Positions 38,564 through 47,653 are shown, numbered from the stretch's first letter. The stretch is 64,000 nucleotides of DNA from Bacteroidales bacterium (GCA_023146135.1 JAGLCR010000042.1:7857-71856); one strand, 5' to 3'. Program-made: numbers and translations. The notes: generated from the sequence alone by a model not told the origin.

Positions 38564-38773
38564 GCTTTGTGAAATAGTTATAGTTTATTACACAAAGCGC
38601 CATTGATAGTCTGCTGTAAATATGTGTTAGGTTTAATCTAAAATGTCATACTTCCAGCCTATCGGCAGACAGGCGGTGCAATTTTCAAAAAGCTCCGTAA
38701 ACTGCGCTTTCTAAAAATCACTCAGTACGACTAGCTTGTCGAAATTTGGTCCCTGAGCCTGTCGAAGGGCCAA
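38564..38773. repeat. cluster of REP-like hairpins
   Basis: gctttgtgaaata/tattacacaaagc (38564-38598); gcctatcggcagacaggc (38657-38674); ttggtccctGAGCCTGTCGAagggccaa (38746-38773). Confidence 0.75.
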
Positions 38774-41374
38774 CTACCTAACCAACTTCAAAACTTCCTC
38801 CCCAATACCAATAGAATACCCCTCATGAAAATAAATAATCTCATTCTTTGGGTTTACCAAAATGATATATGGAAATTCACTACCTATTTTTTTACCCAAG
38901 CTCTTTTCAATCTCAGCAAGATATTTTAGCTCTGGGTCGAAAAGAAAACGTGCTGTGGAGGGTAAATTACCGAAGTAGTTTTTATCCAATTTACTAATAT
39001 CAATCTTAGTTTCACTAATAAGCTTTAACGTAATATTTTGGCTTTCTAGCTTTTCTTTCACTGCTCCAAGATCTTGTACTGCGTGTTTGGAGGGTTCGTT
39101 ATTGGGTTGATACCATACATAGATTTGATAAACGGGTTCGGTGGAACAGGCTTTGGGCTTTTCCACATCATGCAATAGTTTTATTCTTATCATGGGCATT
39201 CTACCCAAAACTTCAACCTTATGATCTTGTTTGCGCAGCTGCACCTTTACTTTATTGGTATCATTTGTTTGTAGATTAAAGAAATCGAAATGAACCAAAA
39301 CACTTCCTTCTGAAATACGGTTTCCAGTGGTTAAGCGGTAGTTTCCTATTGGGAGTTTCAAAATATTAAAATCATTTAGGTTTTTATCCCAATCATATTC
39401 TAGAGTGTAATACTGTCCGTTTCGCTGCTGGGCTAAGGTAAAGTGCTTATAATAAAGTAGTTTATCTGCACTGTCAGGGTTTGTCAATTGAAGATAGCCC
39501 AGCTCATTTTCCACAGGAAGCAAGGTTTTAATATCACCAGTCATTTTTTTCCATTCGCCTTTACTATAATATTCTGGTTTTAATGTTCCAGGCTCCAGTC
39601 GTGCAGGAGTCCCATGAGCACGGAATAGTGCTATTCGCATTTGGTCGGCAGATTTCTTATCGCTCTTTCTAGTTTTGTAAATTCCTTCGGGACTAATAAG
39701 AACACGATAGAAATTCCATTGATTATTAATTTGCACATTGCGGTCAACCCAAGTTTTGAATTTATTTTTTGCAATGTTTTCTTGGATAAAACCTCGCCAA
39801 GGGCTAAGATACTCAAGGCTGATTCGTGGGTTGAGCAAGTATTTATCATATATTTCTTTATCCTTAATTCCACTATTTAGGAATTTGGGTGTATTTAGTA
39901 AATGGTCGTTAAGTATGGGTATTTTTGTATCGTGCAAATCTTTTGTAGCAATTGCATTCAATAAATCTAGAGACATTTGTTTACGATCGCTAGGTGCTTT
40001 ATCTACAAATTCCGTAATGCTATTCCAGTTGGCTCTTGAGTTTTGCATAATGGGCCAAAGCTCATCAAAATCCAACTTATTTCGTTGAGCCATTGCTTGA
40101 CATTGGGCCGAATCCATAAAGGTTTTTTCATGCTCTGTTCGCATCTGGTCTTCCTCTTTCAATCGTTTATCATTTTCTGCTTTGCCAGAGGCTGATACTT
40201 TTCTTGGCTCAGGTTTTACCGGAGGAACATAGTTAAAGTCTATCAAATAGGCTTTACCCGCATTTTGATTAAGAGTAAGATAAACGGTGTCAGTATTTAG
40301 TAGGCTAATATTTTTCCAATTAAAATAGGAATCTTTATGAGCCCAAACCAAAAGACTCCCCATTCCTGTTTCGAAGGAAGTAATACCCTCTTTATCAGTG
40401 GTTTTGGGTGCAATGGAATAATACTCACCATAATTATAAAGTTGAAAATCGACTTTTGCATTTTCAAGAGGTTTTCCCAAGGTATCTGTGATTTTTGCGT
40501 AGAGGATTTTGGTTTCTGAATATACACTTAGGGTATTCAAAATGCTATAATTTCCTTTATCAATTAGAATGCGTTCGCTGCCTTGGTATTTTCCAATTAC
40601 ACGGGTATTCACCAACATCGCTCGACGAGCAGGCTCAGTAAACCAGCCCATATTTGCTTCGGGCACAGGTTCGCAGGCCCCGTAGAAATGCCATTTTCCA
40701 TTGGCCCAGAACTCTACCCAGGCATGATTATCATCAGTATGAGCCCAGCGCGGTGTGTAAACCTGTCGTGCAGGAATGCCCACAGAGCGTAATGCAGCAA
40801 CAGTAAATGTAGATTCCTCACCACATCGTCCATAGCCATTGAGGTAGGTTGTCAAAGGAGAGGAGGTGCGACTATCCGATGCTTGATAGGCCACATGCTC
40901 ATGACACCAATGATTTACCTCCAAAGCTGCTTGGAGCATATCCAGATCTTTTACCCGGTCTTTTAGCTGACTGTAAAAGAAAATACGTGAATAGTCTATG
41001 TTTTCATTGTTTACCCGAATGGGTAATACGAAATGCCGAAAAACATCTTCTGGTATTGTTTTGCCCCAAGTCATTGTTGAACGCACAATAATAGTTTGTT
41101 TTACAAATTCGGCAAACTGCCTTGGAGAATAGTCCGCCATATCGCTCAATGGCATATAAGCATACAGAAACTGATAGGCCTCTTTTTGCTCTTGATTCAG
41201 GTCATTGGAAGCTTCTTCAATTTCTTTAAATACTTCATGACTGATATTTTTGCTCAGTGCTTGGTATTTTACTTCAACCGTATCACGATAACTTTTGTTG
41301 GTGATAAAATGCTTTTGTGCAAAGCTTAGGTTTAGGATAAACAATAAAATTATTAGAGTTGCTGCTTGTTTCAT
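38774..41374 (-). CDS. secreted transglutaminase-like domain protein (start revised to MKQAATL)
   Basis: GRCGEES..GIPARQVYTPRWAHTDDNHAWVE; signal peptide at the revised start. Confidence 0.88.
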   Translation of the reverse strand: MKQAATLIILLFILNLSFAQKHFITNKSYRDTVEVKYQALSKNISHEVFKEIEEASNDLNQEQKEAYQFLYAYMPLSDMADYSPRQFAEFVKQTIIVRSTMTWGKTIPEDVFRHFVLPIRVNNENIDYSRIFFYSQLKDRVKDLDMLQAALEVNHWCHEHVAYQASDSRTSSPLTTYLNGYGRCGEESTFTVAALRSVGIPARQVYTPRWAHTDDNHAWVEFWANGKWHFYGACEPVPEANMGWFTEPARRAMLVNTRVIGKYQGSERILIDKGNYSILNTLSVYSETKILYAKITDTLGKPLENAKVDFQLYNYGEYYSIAPKTTDKEGITSFETGMGSLLVWAHKDSYFNWKNISLLNTDTVYLTLNQNAGKAYLIDFNYVPPVKPEPRKVSASGKAENDKRLKEEDQMRTEHEKTFMDSAQCQAMAQRNKLDFDELWPIMQNSRANWNSITEFVDKAPSDRKQMSLDLLNAIATKDLHDTKIPILNDHLLNTPKFLNSGIKDKEIYDKYLLNPRISLEYLSPWRGFIQENIAKNKFKTWVDRNVQINNQWNFYRVLISPEGIYKTRKSDKKSADQMRIALFRAHGTPARLEPGTLKPEYYSKGEWKKMTGDIKTLLPVENELGYLQLTNPDSADKLLYYKHFTLAQQRNGQYYTLEYDWDKNLNDFNILKLPIGNYRLTTGNRISEGSVLVHFDFFNLQTNDTNKVKVQLRKQDHKVEVLGRMPMIRIKLLHDVEKPKACSTEPVYQIYVWYQPNNEPSKHAVQDLGAVKEKLESQNITLKLISETKIDISKLDKNYFGNLPSTARFLFDPELKYLAEIEKSLGKKIGSEFPYIILVNPKNEIIYFHEGYSIGIGEEVLKLVR

Positions 41375-41400
41375 ATTTAGTGTTTTATATTTCATATTTA

Positions 41401-41513
41401 GTGTACTCGAACCCTGAGCTTGTCGAAGGCTATGTTTTGGATACTCGAACCAGCCTGTCAAAGGGTGTGTTTTGTGTACTCGGGCCCTGAGTCTGTTGAA
41501 GGGTTGAGTACAA
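41401..41513. repeat. three tandem 35-40-bp REP-like units (TACTCG..CCCTGAGCYTGTCGAAGG)
   Basis: Units start at 41401, 41440 and 41474; the third folds as tgtactc-ccct/aggg-gagtaca. Confidence 0.85.
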
Positions 41514-42633
41514 AGTCTAAAAAATTGTCTCGATTTATAGTGCTATAATTGGCCTGAGGGTAAGTGTCTGTCCAAGTTTTGGGAGGCTTTGTTGTTTTTT
41601 TAGAATATTTTATTTCCAAAGCATTAATCTGTTTCCCCAATACTTCAATCAAATCTATTTCACCACCAGTATAAACACGCCAGAAATGGAATTTACTTCG
41701 ATCACCTTGATAGCGTAGGTATTTAATTCGTTCAGCTATCACAAAGTTTTCCCAGATAGCACCAATATCTTGTCGCTTCTCCATAGGGCGAAAATCTTCT
41801 ATTAGCATATTTCGAATTCCTAAATCGTAGAAATAGTATTTATCTTTTTTACGCACTTCTTTACTAAGGTTTTTACTGTAGCCTTGCAGTTTGAATATCA
41901 CAAAAGACTTTTCCAGTAAATCCAAATAATGAATCACTGCATCTCGACTCATCTCCAATTCTTGACTAAGTTTATTGATGGAAATTTGTGATCCAATACG
42001 ATAGGCTAGAAGTTCAAGTAATTGATGAATTTTGATAGAATTACGAATTCGTGATAATTCCAATACATCTTTATAAAGGTAGGAACTCACAATTTCTTCT
42101 AGCATTTCTATTTTATCGGACTTTGTTTTGGTTGTATAAACTTCTGGGTATAAGCCATAATTCATATAATCATCCAATGATTCACCGATTTCATAAGGGT
42201 TCATCGAAGCTCTCAGTTCGTGCATGGAAAGAGGATACATTGTATAAACCCATTTACGACCTGCCAAAGAATCGCTTATTTGATAAGCAATGTCGAATGA
42301 AGATGAACCAGTTACTAAAAGTTTAAGGTCAGGTAGTTCGTCGTGTATAATTTTTAGGTTAACTCCCAGGTCCTTTATTCGCTGAGCTTCATCAATAAAC
42401 AACATATCATAGCCCTCGGTAAGGTCTTGTATCTTTTTCAAGTCTCTTGATGAAAGAATATCATGATGCTTTGATAAATCAGCATTGATTTGGAGTGTTT
42501 TTAATCCTAAATCATCAATGATTTGACGAGCTAATGTCGTTTTTCCTACCTGTCGAGCACCATATAGAATTACAATTCGATTGCTATTTTGAACTCTATC
42601 CTTTACTCTATTAGTTAAATCTCTGTAAATCAT
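41458..42633 (-). CDS. AAA_14 ATPase with HTH and DUF4143 (PD-(D/E)xK-like) C-terminus
   Basis: GARQVGKTT, FIDEAQ, TGSS, LAGR, KYYFYDLG, EN, GEIDL, EIK. Confidence 0.9.
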   Translation of the reverse strand: MIYRDLTNRVKDRVQNSNRIVILYGARQVGKTTLARQIIDDLGLKTLQINADLSKHHDILSSRDLKKIQDLTEGYDMLFIDEAQRIKDLGVNLKIIHDELPDLKLLVTGSSSFDIAYQISDSLAGRKWVYTMYPLSMHELRASMNPYEIGESLDDYMNYGLYPEVYTTKTKSDKIEMLEEIVSSYLYKDVLELSRIRNSIKIHQLLELLAYRIGSQISINKLSQELEMSRDAVIHYLDLLEKSFVIFKLQGYSKNLSKEVRKKDKYYFYDLGIRNMLIEDFRPMEKRQDIGAIWENFVIAERIKYLRYQGDRSKFHFWRVYTGGEIDLIEVLGKQINALEIKYSKKTTKPPKTWTDTYPQANYSTINRDNFLDFVLNPSTDSGPEYTKHTL

Positions 42634-42658
42634 GACTAAATATTATAGTTGTGAATTG

Positions 42659-42666
42659 CAAATATA
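42659..42666 (-). promoter_or_regulatory. -7 promoter box (TATATTTG) of the ATPase gene
   Basis: TAnnTTTG 26 bp upstream of the ATG. Confidence 0.7.
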
Positions 42667-42678
42667 CATAAAAATATT

Positions 42679-42774
42679 ATGAATCAGCAAAAATAACGCT
42701 AAAAATGCTGATGAATCGGCAAAAATAACGTTAAAAATGCTGATAAAACAGCATAATTAACGTTAATACTAAAA
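42679..42774. repeat. 32-bp tandem repeat x3 with internal dyad symmetry
   Basis: atgaatcagcaaaaataacgctaaaaatgctg / atgaatcggcaaaaataacgttaaaaatgctg / ataaaacagcataattaacgttaatactaaaa. Confidence 0.9.
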
Positions 42775-42809
42775 ATGAACGGAAATATTTTGCGTTAAAC
42801 AGAGATAAT

Positions 42810-42881
42810 TACAACTCATCCTTATAATTCGACAGTTCGGTAAGTATAATTTTCGCAAGCACTTTTCTCGACTTAGTTTTG
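42810..42881 (+). promoter_or_regulatory. putative LytTR direct-repeat site and -7 box
   Basis: tacaactcat (42810) and gacagttcgg (42831) are 21 bp apart; TAGTTTTG at 42874-42881. Confidence 0.5.
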
Positions 42882-42935
42882 CCGCAGTTAATCAGAAATA
42901 CTAAAACTTAATTAATTATACTTAAATTTGAAATC

Positions 42936-43964
42936 ATGAAAAAACAAGAAAACAAGATTACGAAACATGTACTTAATGTTAGCATTATTATCGCTATCAG
43001 CGTTGCAATTACTTTTATGTTCGGTAGTAGTACCTGGCAGTGGCAAGAGATTCTTTTGAATATTGCTTATGGAGCCCTTATTGGATTAAGCATAGCTATT
43101 GGAAGCAGCTTTATATCTAAGAGAATGTTGAAGGATGGCAATTGGTTGGACAAGCCCATCAAACGATTTATTGCTGTTATCGTTGCCGTATCCATTTACA
43201 TTATTGTGGATGTGATATTAGTAAATATTGTTTGGTTCAATATTACACAAGACCTTAGTATTGCGGATCTCCTTCATAGCAACTTCTTTATATGGATTGT
43301 TCTTACAGAGTTAATGATTGGAATGATTATCTATTTGATTATAGTCTCGGCTCGTTTTGCTAAATCATTAAACGAATTTTATGTAGAGGCCGAAGAGCAA
43401 AAGCGTGAGCTTAATCATTATAAATATGCCACTTTAAAAAATCAAGTAAATCCACATTTCCTTTTTAATAGTTTGAATGTATTAAGTGCATTAATATATA
43501 AGGATGTGGAAAAGGCAGATGATTTTATAGGGAAGTTGTCAAACATCTATCGCTATGTACTGGATGTGCAAGACGAAGAAGTGGTGAGTGTAGAGCAGGA
43601 AGTTGCTTTTGCCAAGGATTTTCTATTTCTTCAAGCGATTCGCTTTGGCGATAATTTGAAGTACGATATAAATGTATCTACTGATAAGATGATTATTCCC
43701 ATGGCTTTGCAGATATTGATTGAGAATGCTTTGAAACATAATGTGATATCGGAGGAGCATCAGTTAGAAATAAAGATAAGCAGTGATAAACAATATGTGA
43801 TAGTATCAAATAATGTAATGCTGAAACAAAGCAGTGAAGCTTCCCATGAGTTAGGTTTGGCTAATATCAAGGGTCGGTATAAGTTTTTAACCGATATGGA
43901 AGTAAAAATTACAGAATCAACAAATCGTTTTGAGGTTTGTTTACCTTTATTGAATTTGAAATAA
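42936..43964 (+). CDS. LytS/YehU-family sensor histidine kinase
   Basis: LKNQVNPHFLFNSLN, LIENALKHN, GLANIKGRY; 4 TM segments. Confidence 0.92.
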   Translation: MKKQENKITKHVLNVSIIIAISVAITFMFGSSTWQWQEILLNIAYGALIGLSIAIGSSFISKRMLKDGNWLDKPIKRFIAVIVAVSIYIIVDVILVNIVWFNITQDLSIADLLHSNFFIWIVLTELMIGMIIYLIIVSARFAKSLNEFYVEAEEQKRELNHYKYATLKNQVNPHFLFNSLNVLSALIYKDVEKADDFIGKLSNIYRYVLDVQDEEVVSVEQEVAFAKDFLFLQAIRFGDNLKYDINVSTDKMIIPMALQILIENALKHNVISEEHQLEIKISSDKQYVIVSNNVMLKQSSEASHELGLANIKGRYKFLTDMEVKITESTNRFEVCLPLLNLK

Positions 43965-43971
43965 TAGAGTT

Positions 43972-44727
43972 ATGAGAGTAATCATAATAGAAGATGAAAA
44001 ATTTGCTTTTGAAAAACTAGCATTAATGCTTAGTAAGCTCGATGATACAATTGATATCATTGGGCATGCTAAGTCCATTAAGGATGCAGTAATTCTAATT
44101 GAGGAATCGGAGAATATCGACTTGGCCTTTTTCGATATTCAGTTGGCCGATGGATTAAGCTTTTCCATATTCGATAAGGTGGAGGTAGGCTTTCCAATTA
44201 TATTCACCACCGCCTTTGATCATCATGCCATACGAGCATTTAAGCACAATAGTATCGATTATTTATTGAAACCCATTCGTATAACAGATTTGAGTCAAGC
44301 CATAAATAAGTATAAGAAACTATGGAAGCCAAGCTCGGAATCGGTAGCAAGCCTGATTGATGAGATAAAACAATTGAAACCAAAACTATTCAAAGAGCGG
44401 TTTACTGTAAAAGTGGGAGAGCATATTAAGATGATTAAAACTGAGGATATTTCTTGCTTTTATAGTTTCGAGAAGGGGACATTTATTCAAACCAGAGAAA
44501 ATCGGAATTACCTGATAGACTTTTCTTTGGATGATTTATACGAACTGCTTAAAACAACGAAATTCTATCGCGTAAATCGAAAATACATTGTGAATATCGA
44601 TTATATTGAAGATATGATTTCTTATTCTAATTCAAGGTTGAAGTTAATTCTTAACCCAGCCACTGACGACGATATCATTGTAAGTCGTGAGCGAGTTAAG
44701 GGCTTTAAAGAATGGTTGGAAAAGTAA
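43972..44727 (+). CDS. LytTR response regulator
   Basis: IIEDE, DIQLADG, DYLLKP, FYRVNRKYIVN. Confidence 0.94.
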   Translation: MRVIIIEDEKFAFEKLALMLSKLDDTIDIIGHAKSIKDAVILIEESENIDLAFFDIQLADGLSFSIFDKVEVGFPIIFTTAFDHHAIRAFKHNSIDYLLKPIRITDLSQAINKYKKLWKPSSESVASLIDEIKQLKPKLFKERFTVKVGEHIKMIKTEDISCFYSFEKGTFIQTRENRNYLIDFSLDDLYELLKTTKFYRVNRKYIVNIDYIEDMISYSNSRLKLILNPATDDDIIVSRERVKGFKEWLEK

Positions 44728-44731
44728 ATGT

Positions 44732-45802
44732 TTAAACCTTCTCCTCTTCTAGTATATCATCCACAAGTATAGATTTGAATACTTTATAAGTAATACTTAG
44801 TACTACGGCTCCAACAAATAAACCAATAATGCCCGACATCATCATACCACCAATAGCGCCCAATAGAATGGCAAGCATAGGCACATCTACTCCACGGCCT
44901 AATAATATTGGTTTTAGAAAAGCATCGCTTGCGCTTACTAAAATACTCCAAATTAGGAAAATAACTGCTGGTGTTGTATCAGCGATATTAAAACCATAAA
45001 TGGCCAAAGGTAGTAGTATCAATAGAGGAGGTAATTGCATAATAGCTAGCAGAAGAATGATTAATGCCCATAAACCTGCTGCTGGGATACCAATTAGCAT
45101 GATTCCTAAGCCTCCGGCAACTGATTGAATTATCGCTACACCTAAAACTCCTTGCACCACACTTCGGATAGTAGCGATGGATAGCTCTACGAACCCTACA
45201 CCGTGTGTTCCCAGTAAGGTGTTAAAAATTGACTTAGCTGTTTTTTCGGAAGCCTTTGCTGTTGGTAATAATGCTCCAGCTATTAGAATTGAAATAATGA
45301 ATAATAGTATTGTACTTCCAAATCCTGCTGCTGAGGATAAAAGCTTTGGAGCAAATTCTTTTATTTGTGGTGTAAACTTCTCTAGAGCATCTCTCAAATT
45401 ATTGTTTGATAATGCCCAAAAGTCATAAATTGCATCTCCAACAACGGGCCATTCCTGTACTTTCTCGTTTGGTGGAGGAATGTTAAGCGTTCCATTCTCC
45501 ATATCAGATGTTAATCCTTGTATTCCAGAAACAGCGGAGTCAATAAATAGAAATGATGGAATAATAACAATTGCCAAGAGGGATATTGTAATAATTATTG
45601 TTGCAAGCTTTGTTTTATTGCCCAATAGTTTAGCAAGCTTTGTGTATAAGGGATAAATAGAAACCGAGATGATTATTCCCCATAAAACTGGCATAATAAA
45701 TGGCTTCACAATTTCGAAAGACCAAACCAAAAGTAGAAGAATAAAACCAATACGTAGAGTTGTGTTAATGGCTTGAGTGTAGTGTTGTTCTTTTTTATCC
45801 AT
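44732..45802 (-). CDS. AI-2E family transporter (YdiK-like)
   Basis: DAFLKPILLGRG, GAIGG..GIIGLFVG; polytopic. Confidence 0.9.
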   Translation of the reverse strand: MDKKEQHYTQAINTTLRIGFILLLLVWSFEIVKPFIMPVLWGIIISVSIYPLYTKLAKLLGNKTKLATIIITISLLAIVIIPSFLFIDSAVSGIQGLTSDMENGTLNIPPPNEKVQEWPVVGDAIYDFWALSNNNLRDALEKFTPQIKEFAPKLLSSAAGFGSTILLFIISILIAGALLPTAKASEKTAKSIFNTLLGTHGVGFVELSIATIRSVVQGVLGVAIIQSVAGGLGIMLIGIPAAGLWALIILLLAIMQLPPLLILLPLAIYGFNIADTTPAVIFLIWSILVSASDAFLKPILLGRGVDVPMLAILLGAIGGMMMSGIIGLFVGAVVLSITYKVFKSILVDDILEEEKV

Positions 45803-45839
45803 GAGTTCTTAAGTTCAATTAGTAAGTGCAAAGATGCAC

Positions 45840-45873
45840 AAAAAAAGGCAAGCTGTTTCCAGATTGCCTTTTG
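45840..45873 (-). terminator. intrinsic terminator of the nuo operon, after orf109
   Basis: aaaaggcaa/ttgcctttt stem with A-tract. Confidence 0.8.
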
Positions 45874-45893
45874 TATATAATATTGCAATAGTT

Positions 45894-46223
45894 TTATTCG
45901 TATAGAGATTCCCAGTACTGAGGTTTGGTATTTCCCTTACCCTTGTCCCAAAATTCATGTGTTACATATCGACCATCAGGAAGACGCAAACGACGATCAT
46001 AGATCCATATTATTGCATTGAATTTCATATCATCCACTGCAATAGTAAAGCTAGGTTCAGCACCTTCTTCTTTAGCCGCAACTTCATCTGTCAACACGGT
46101 AAAACCATTGAACTCAAGTAATTTTTTCAGAAAATCCATGCGCTCTTTGGTAATTCCTTTTTCAACGAAGCTTACGCGTGTGCCATTTATTGCACCAAAG
46201 GTATGTTTATATGTTAAAGCCAT
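45894..46223 (-). CDS. 109-aa soluble hypothetical protein, last gene of the nuo operon
   Basis: ATG 11 bp after the nuoN stop; followed by the operon terminator. Confidence 0.8.
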   Translation of the reverse strand: MALTYKHTFGAINGTRVSFVEKGITKERMDFLKKLLEFNGFTVLTDEVAAKEEGAEPSFTIAVDDMKFNAIIWIYDRRLRLPDGRYVTHEFWDKGKGNTKPQYWESLYE

Positions 46224-46234
46224 AATTCAAATCT

Positions 46235-47653
46235 TTAAAAAATGTTACTTATAGAGTTAATATAATCGTAGAATGGGCTGTAAATTCCTAGTCCCAATAG
46301 AATAGCAGAGGCTACCCCAATTCCGATTTTTGCAAAAATATCAGATGTAAAATGTGGGATTGGATTGTCTGACTTTCGTAGGAATGCTGCACGAATTACT
46401 AATAAATAATAATAAAGTGAGATAGTGACATTCACAACAGCGATAAAGATTAACCAATAATACTCTTGACTAGCAGCTACAACATAAAGGAAAAATTTAC
46501 CAAAGAATCCTGCAATTGGGGGAATACCAGCCAAAGAGAATAGACCAATCATAAGCGCAAGGCTAATCTTTGGATTAGTACGATAAAGACCGTTATAGTC
46601 ATCAATATTCCATTTATCGCTTGCCAAACCAATCATTTGAACCGCACCGAAGATTACAATATTTGATAATACATAAATCGCAATAAAGTAAATTACAGCG
46701 CTTACTGCCAACTGATCGGCACTAAGTAAACCCATCATAATAAAACCCGCCTGGGCAACAGAAGAGAATGCTAAAAAGCGTTGTAAATTTTGTTGACGTA
46801 GTGCAAATAAGTTACCCACAAACATGGTAAGGATAGCTATACCATAAAGCAGGTAAGTCCAAACCCATTTCATATCTGGGAATACTTTGAATAGCAAAAT
46901 CATTAACATAAATACAGCTGCTCCCTTTGATATTACAGATAAGAAACTGGCTACCGGAGTAGGAGCTCCTTCATATACATCAGCGGTCCAGAAGTGGAAG
47001 GGTACCAATGAAATTTTGAATGCCATGCCTGAGAAAATCATGATTAATCCTAGTATTGATAAATAGGAATATCCGAATTCGCCCGCCATTTGGCTAAAAT
47101 AAAGAGATCCGCTGATTGCGTACATAATAGATATACCAAATAATAGAATTCCTGACGAAAGTGCAGCAGATAATATTAATTTGATACCTGCTTCTGACGA
47201 TTTACGACTGAATACATCATAGGATGCCAAAGCAGCGACTGGTAATGTTGCCAATTCTAGTCCGATATAAAGCATAATAAAGTGTCCAGAAGAAATCATA
47301 TAAAACATACCCAATAAGGATGCTATTATTAGGACATAGAATTCGCCTACTTTTTTCAAAGGAAGCATTTTAGCATTCACCCATGATGATGATATTAGGA
47401 GTATTAATAGCACCCCAATATTAAGGATGTTCTTAAATGCAGCGATGAGAGGAGTAGTAACAAACATTTCTCCAAACAAGGTTCCTGTTTCCAATGGCAA
47501 TAATCCAATCACAGTATGAATGGCAAAAAGTACAATGGCAATAATATTTACCTTCTTTTTATCGTCGGTAAAGATATCAGCCAGTAACAATATGAGAATA
47601 GTAATTGCTAATACAATTTCGTGTCTCATTAATAAAAAAGTGTTCCAGTTCAT
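46235..47653 (-). CDS. nuoN: complex I subunit N
   Basis: FKISLVPFHFWTADVYEGAP, SLAGIPP..GFFGK. Confidence 0.95.
   Translation of the reverse strand: MNWNTFLLMRHEIVLAITILILLLADIFTDDKKKVNIIAIVLFAIHTVIGLLPLETGTLFGEMFVTTPLIAAFKNILNIGVLLILLISSSWVNAKMLPLKKVGEFYVLIIASLLGMFYMISSGHFIMLYIGLELATLPVAALASYDVFSRKSSEAGIKLILSAALSSGILLFGISIMYAISGSLYFSQMAGEFGYSYLSILGLIMIFSGMAFKISLVPFHFWTADVYEGAPTPVASFLSVISKGAAVFMLMILLFKVFPDMKWVWTYLLYGIAILTMFVGNLFALRQQNLQRFLAFSSVAQAGFIMMGLLSADQLAVSAVIYFIAIYVLSNIVIFGAVQMIGLASDKWNIDDYNGLYRTNPKISLALMIGLFSLAGIPPIAGFFGKFFLYVVAASQEYYWLIFIAVVNVTISLYYYLLVIRAAFLRKSDNPIPHFTSDIFAKIGIGVASAILLGLGIYSPFYDYINSISNIF

Noticed and set aside
41375-41461. N-terminal extension MTGWFEYPKHSLRQAQG of the transglutaminase
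   Set aside because: Encoded by REP units; the signal peptide begins at the later ATG (41374)
42679-42774. Possible CRISPR array (32-bp repeats)
   Set aside because: Units are head-to-tail with no unique spacers and no cas genes are in the window
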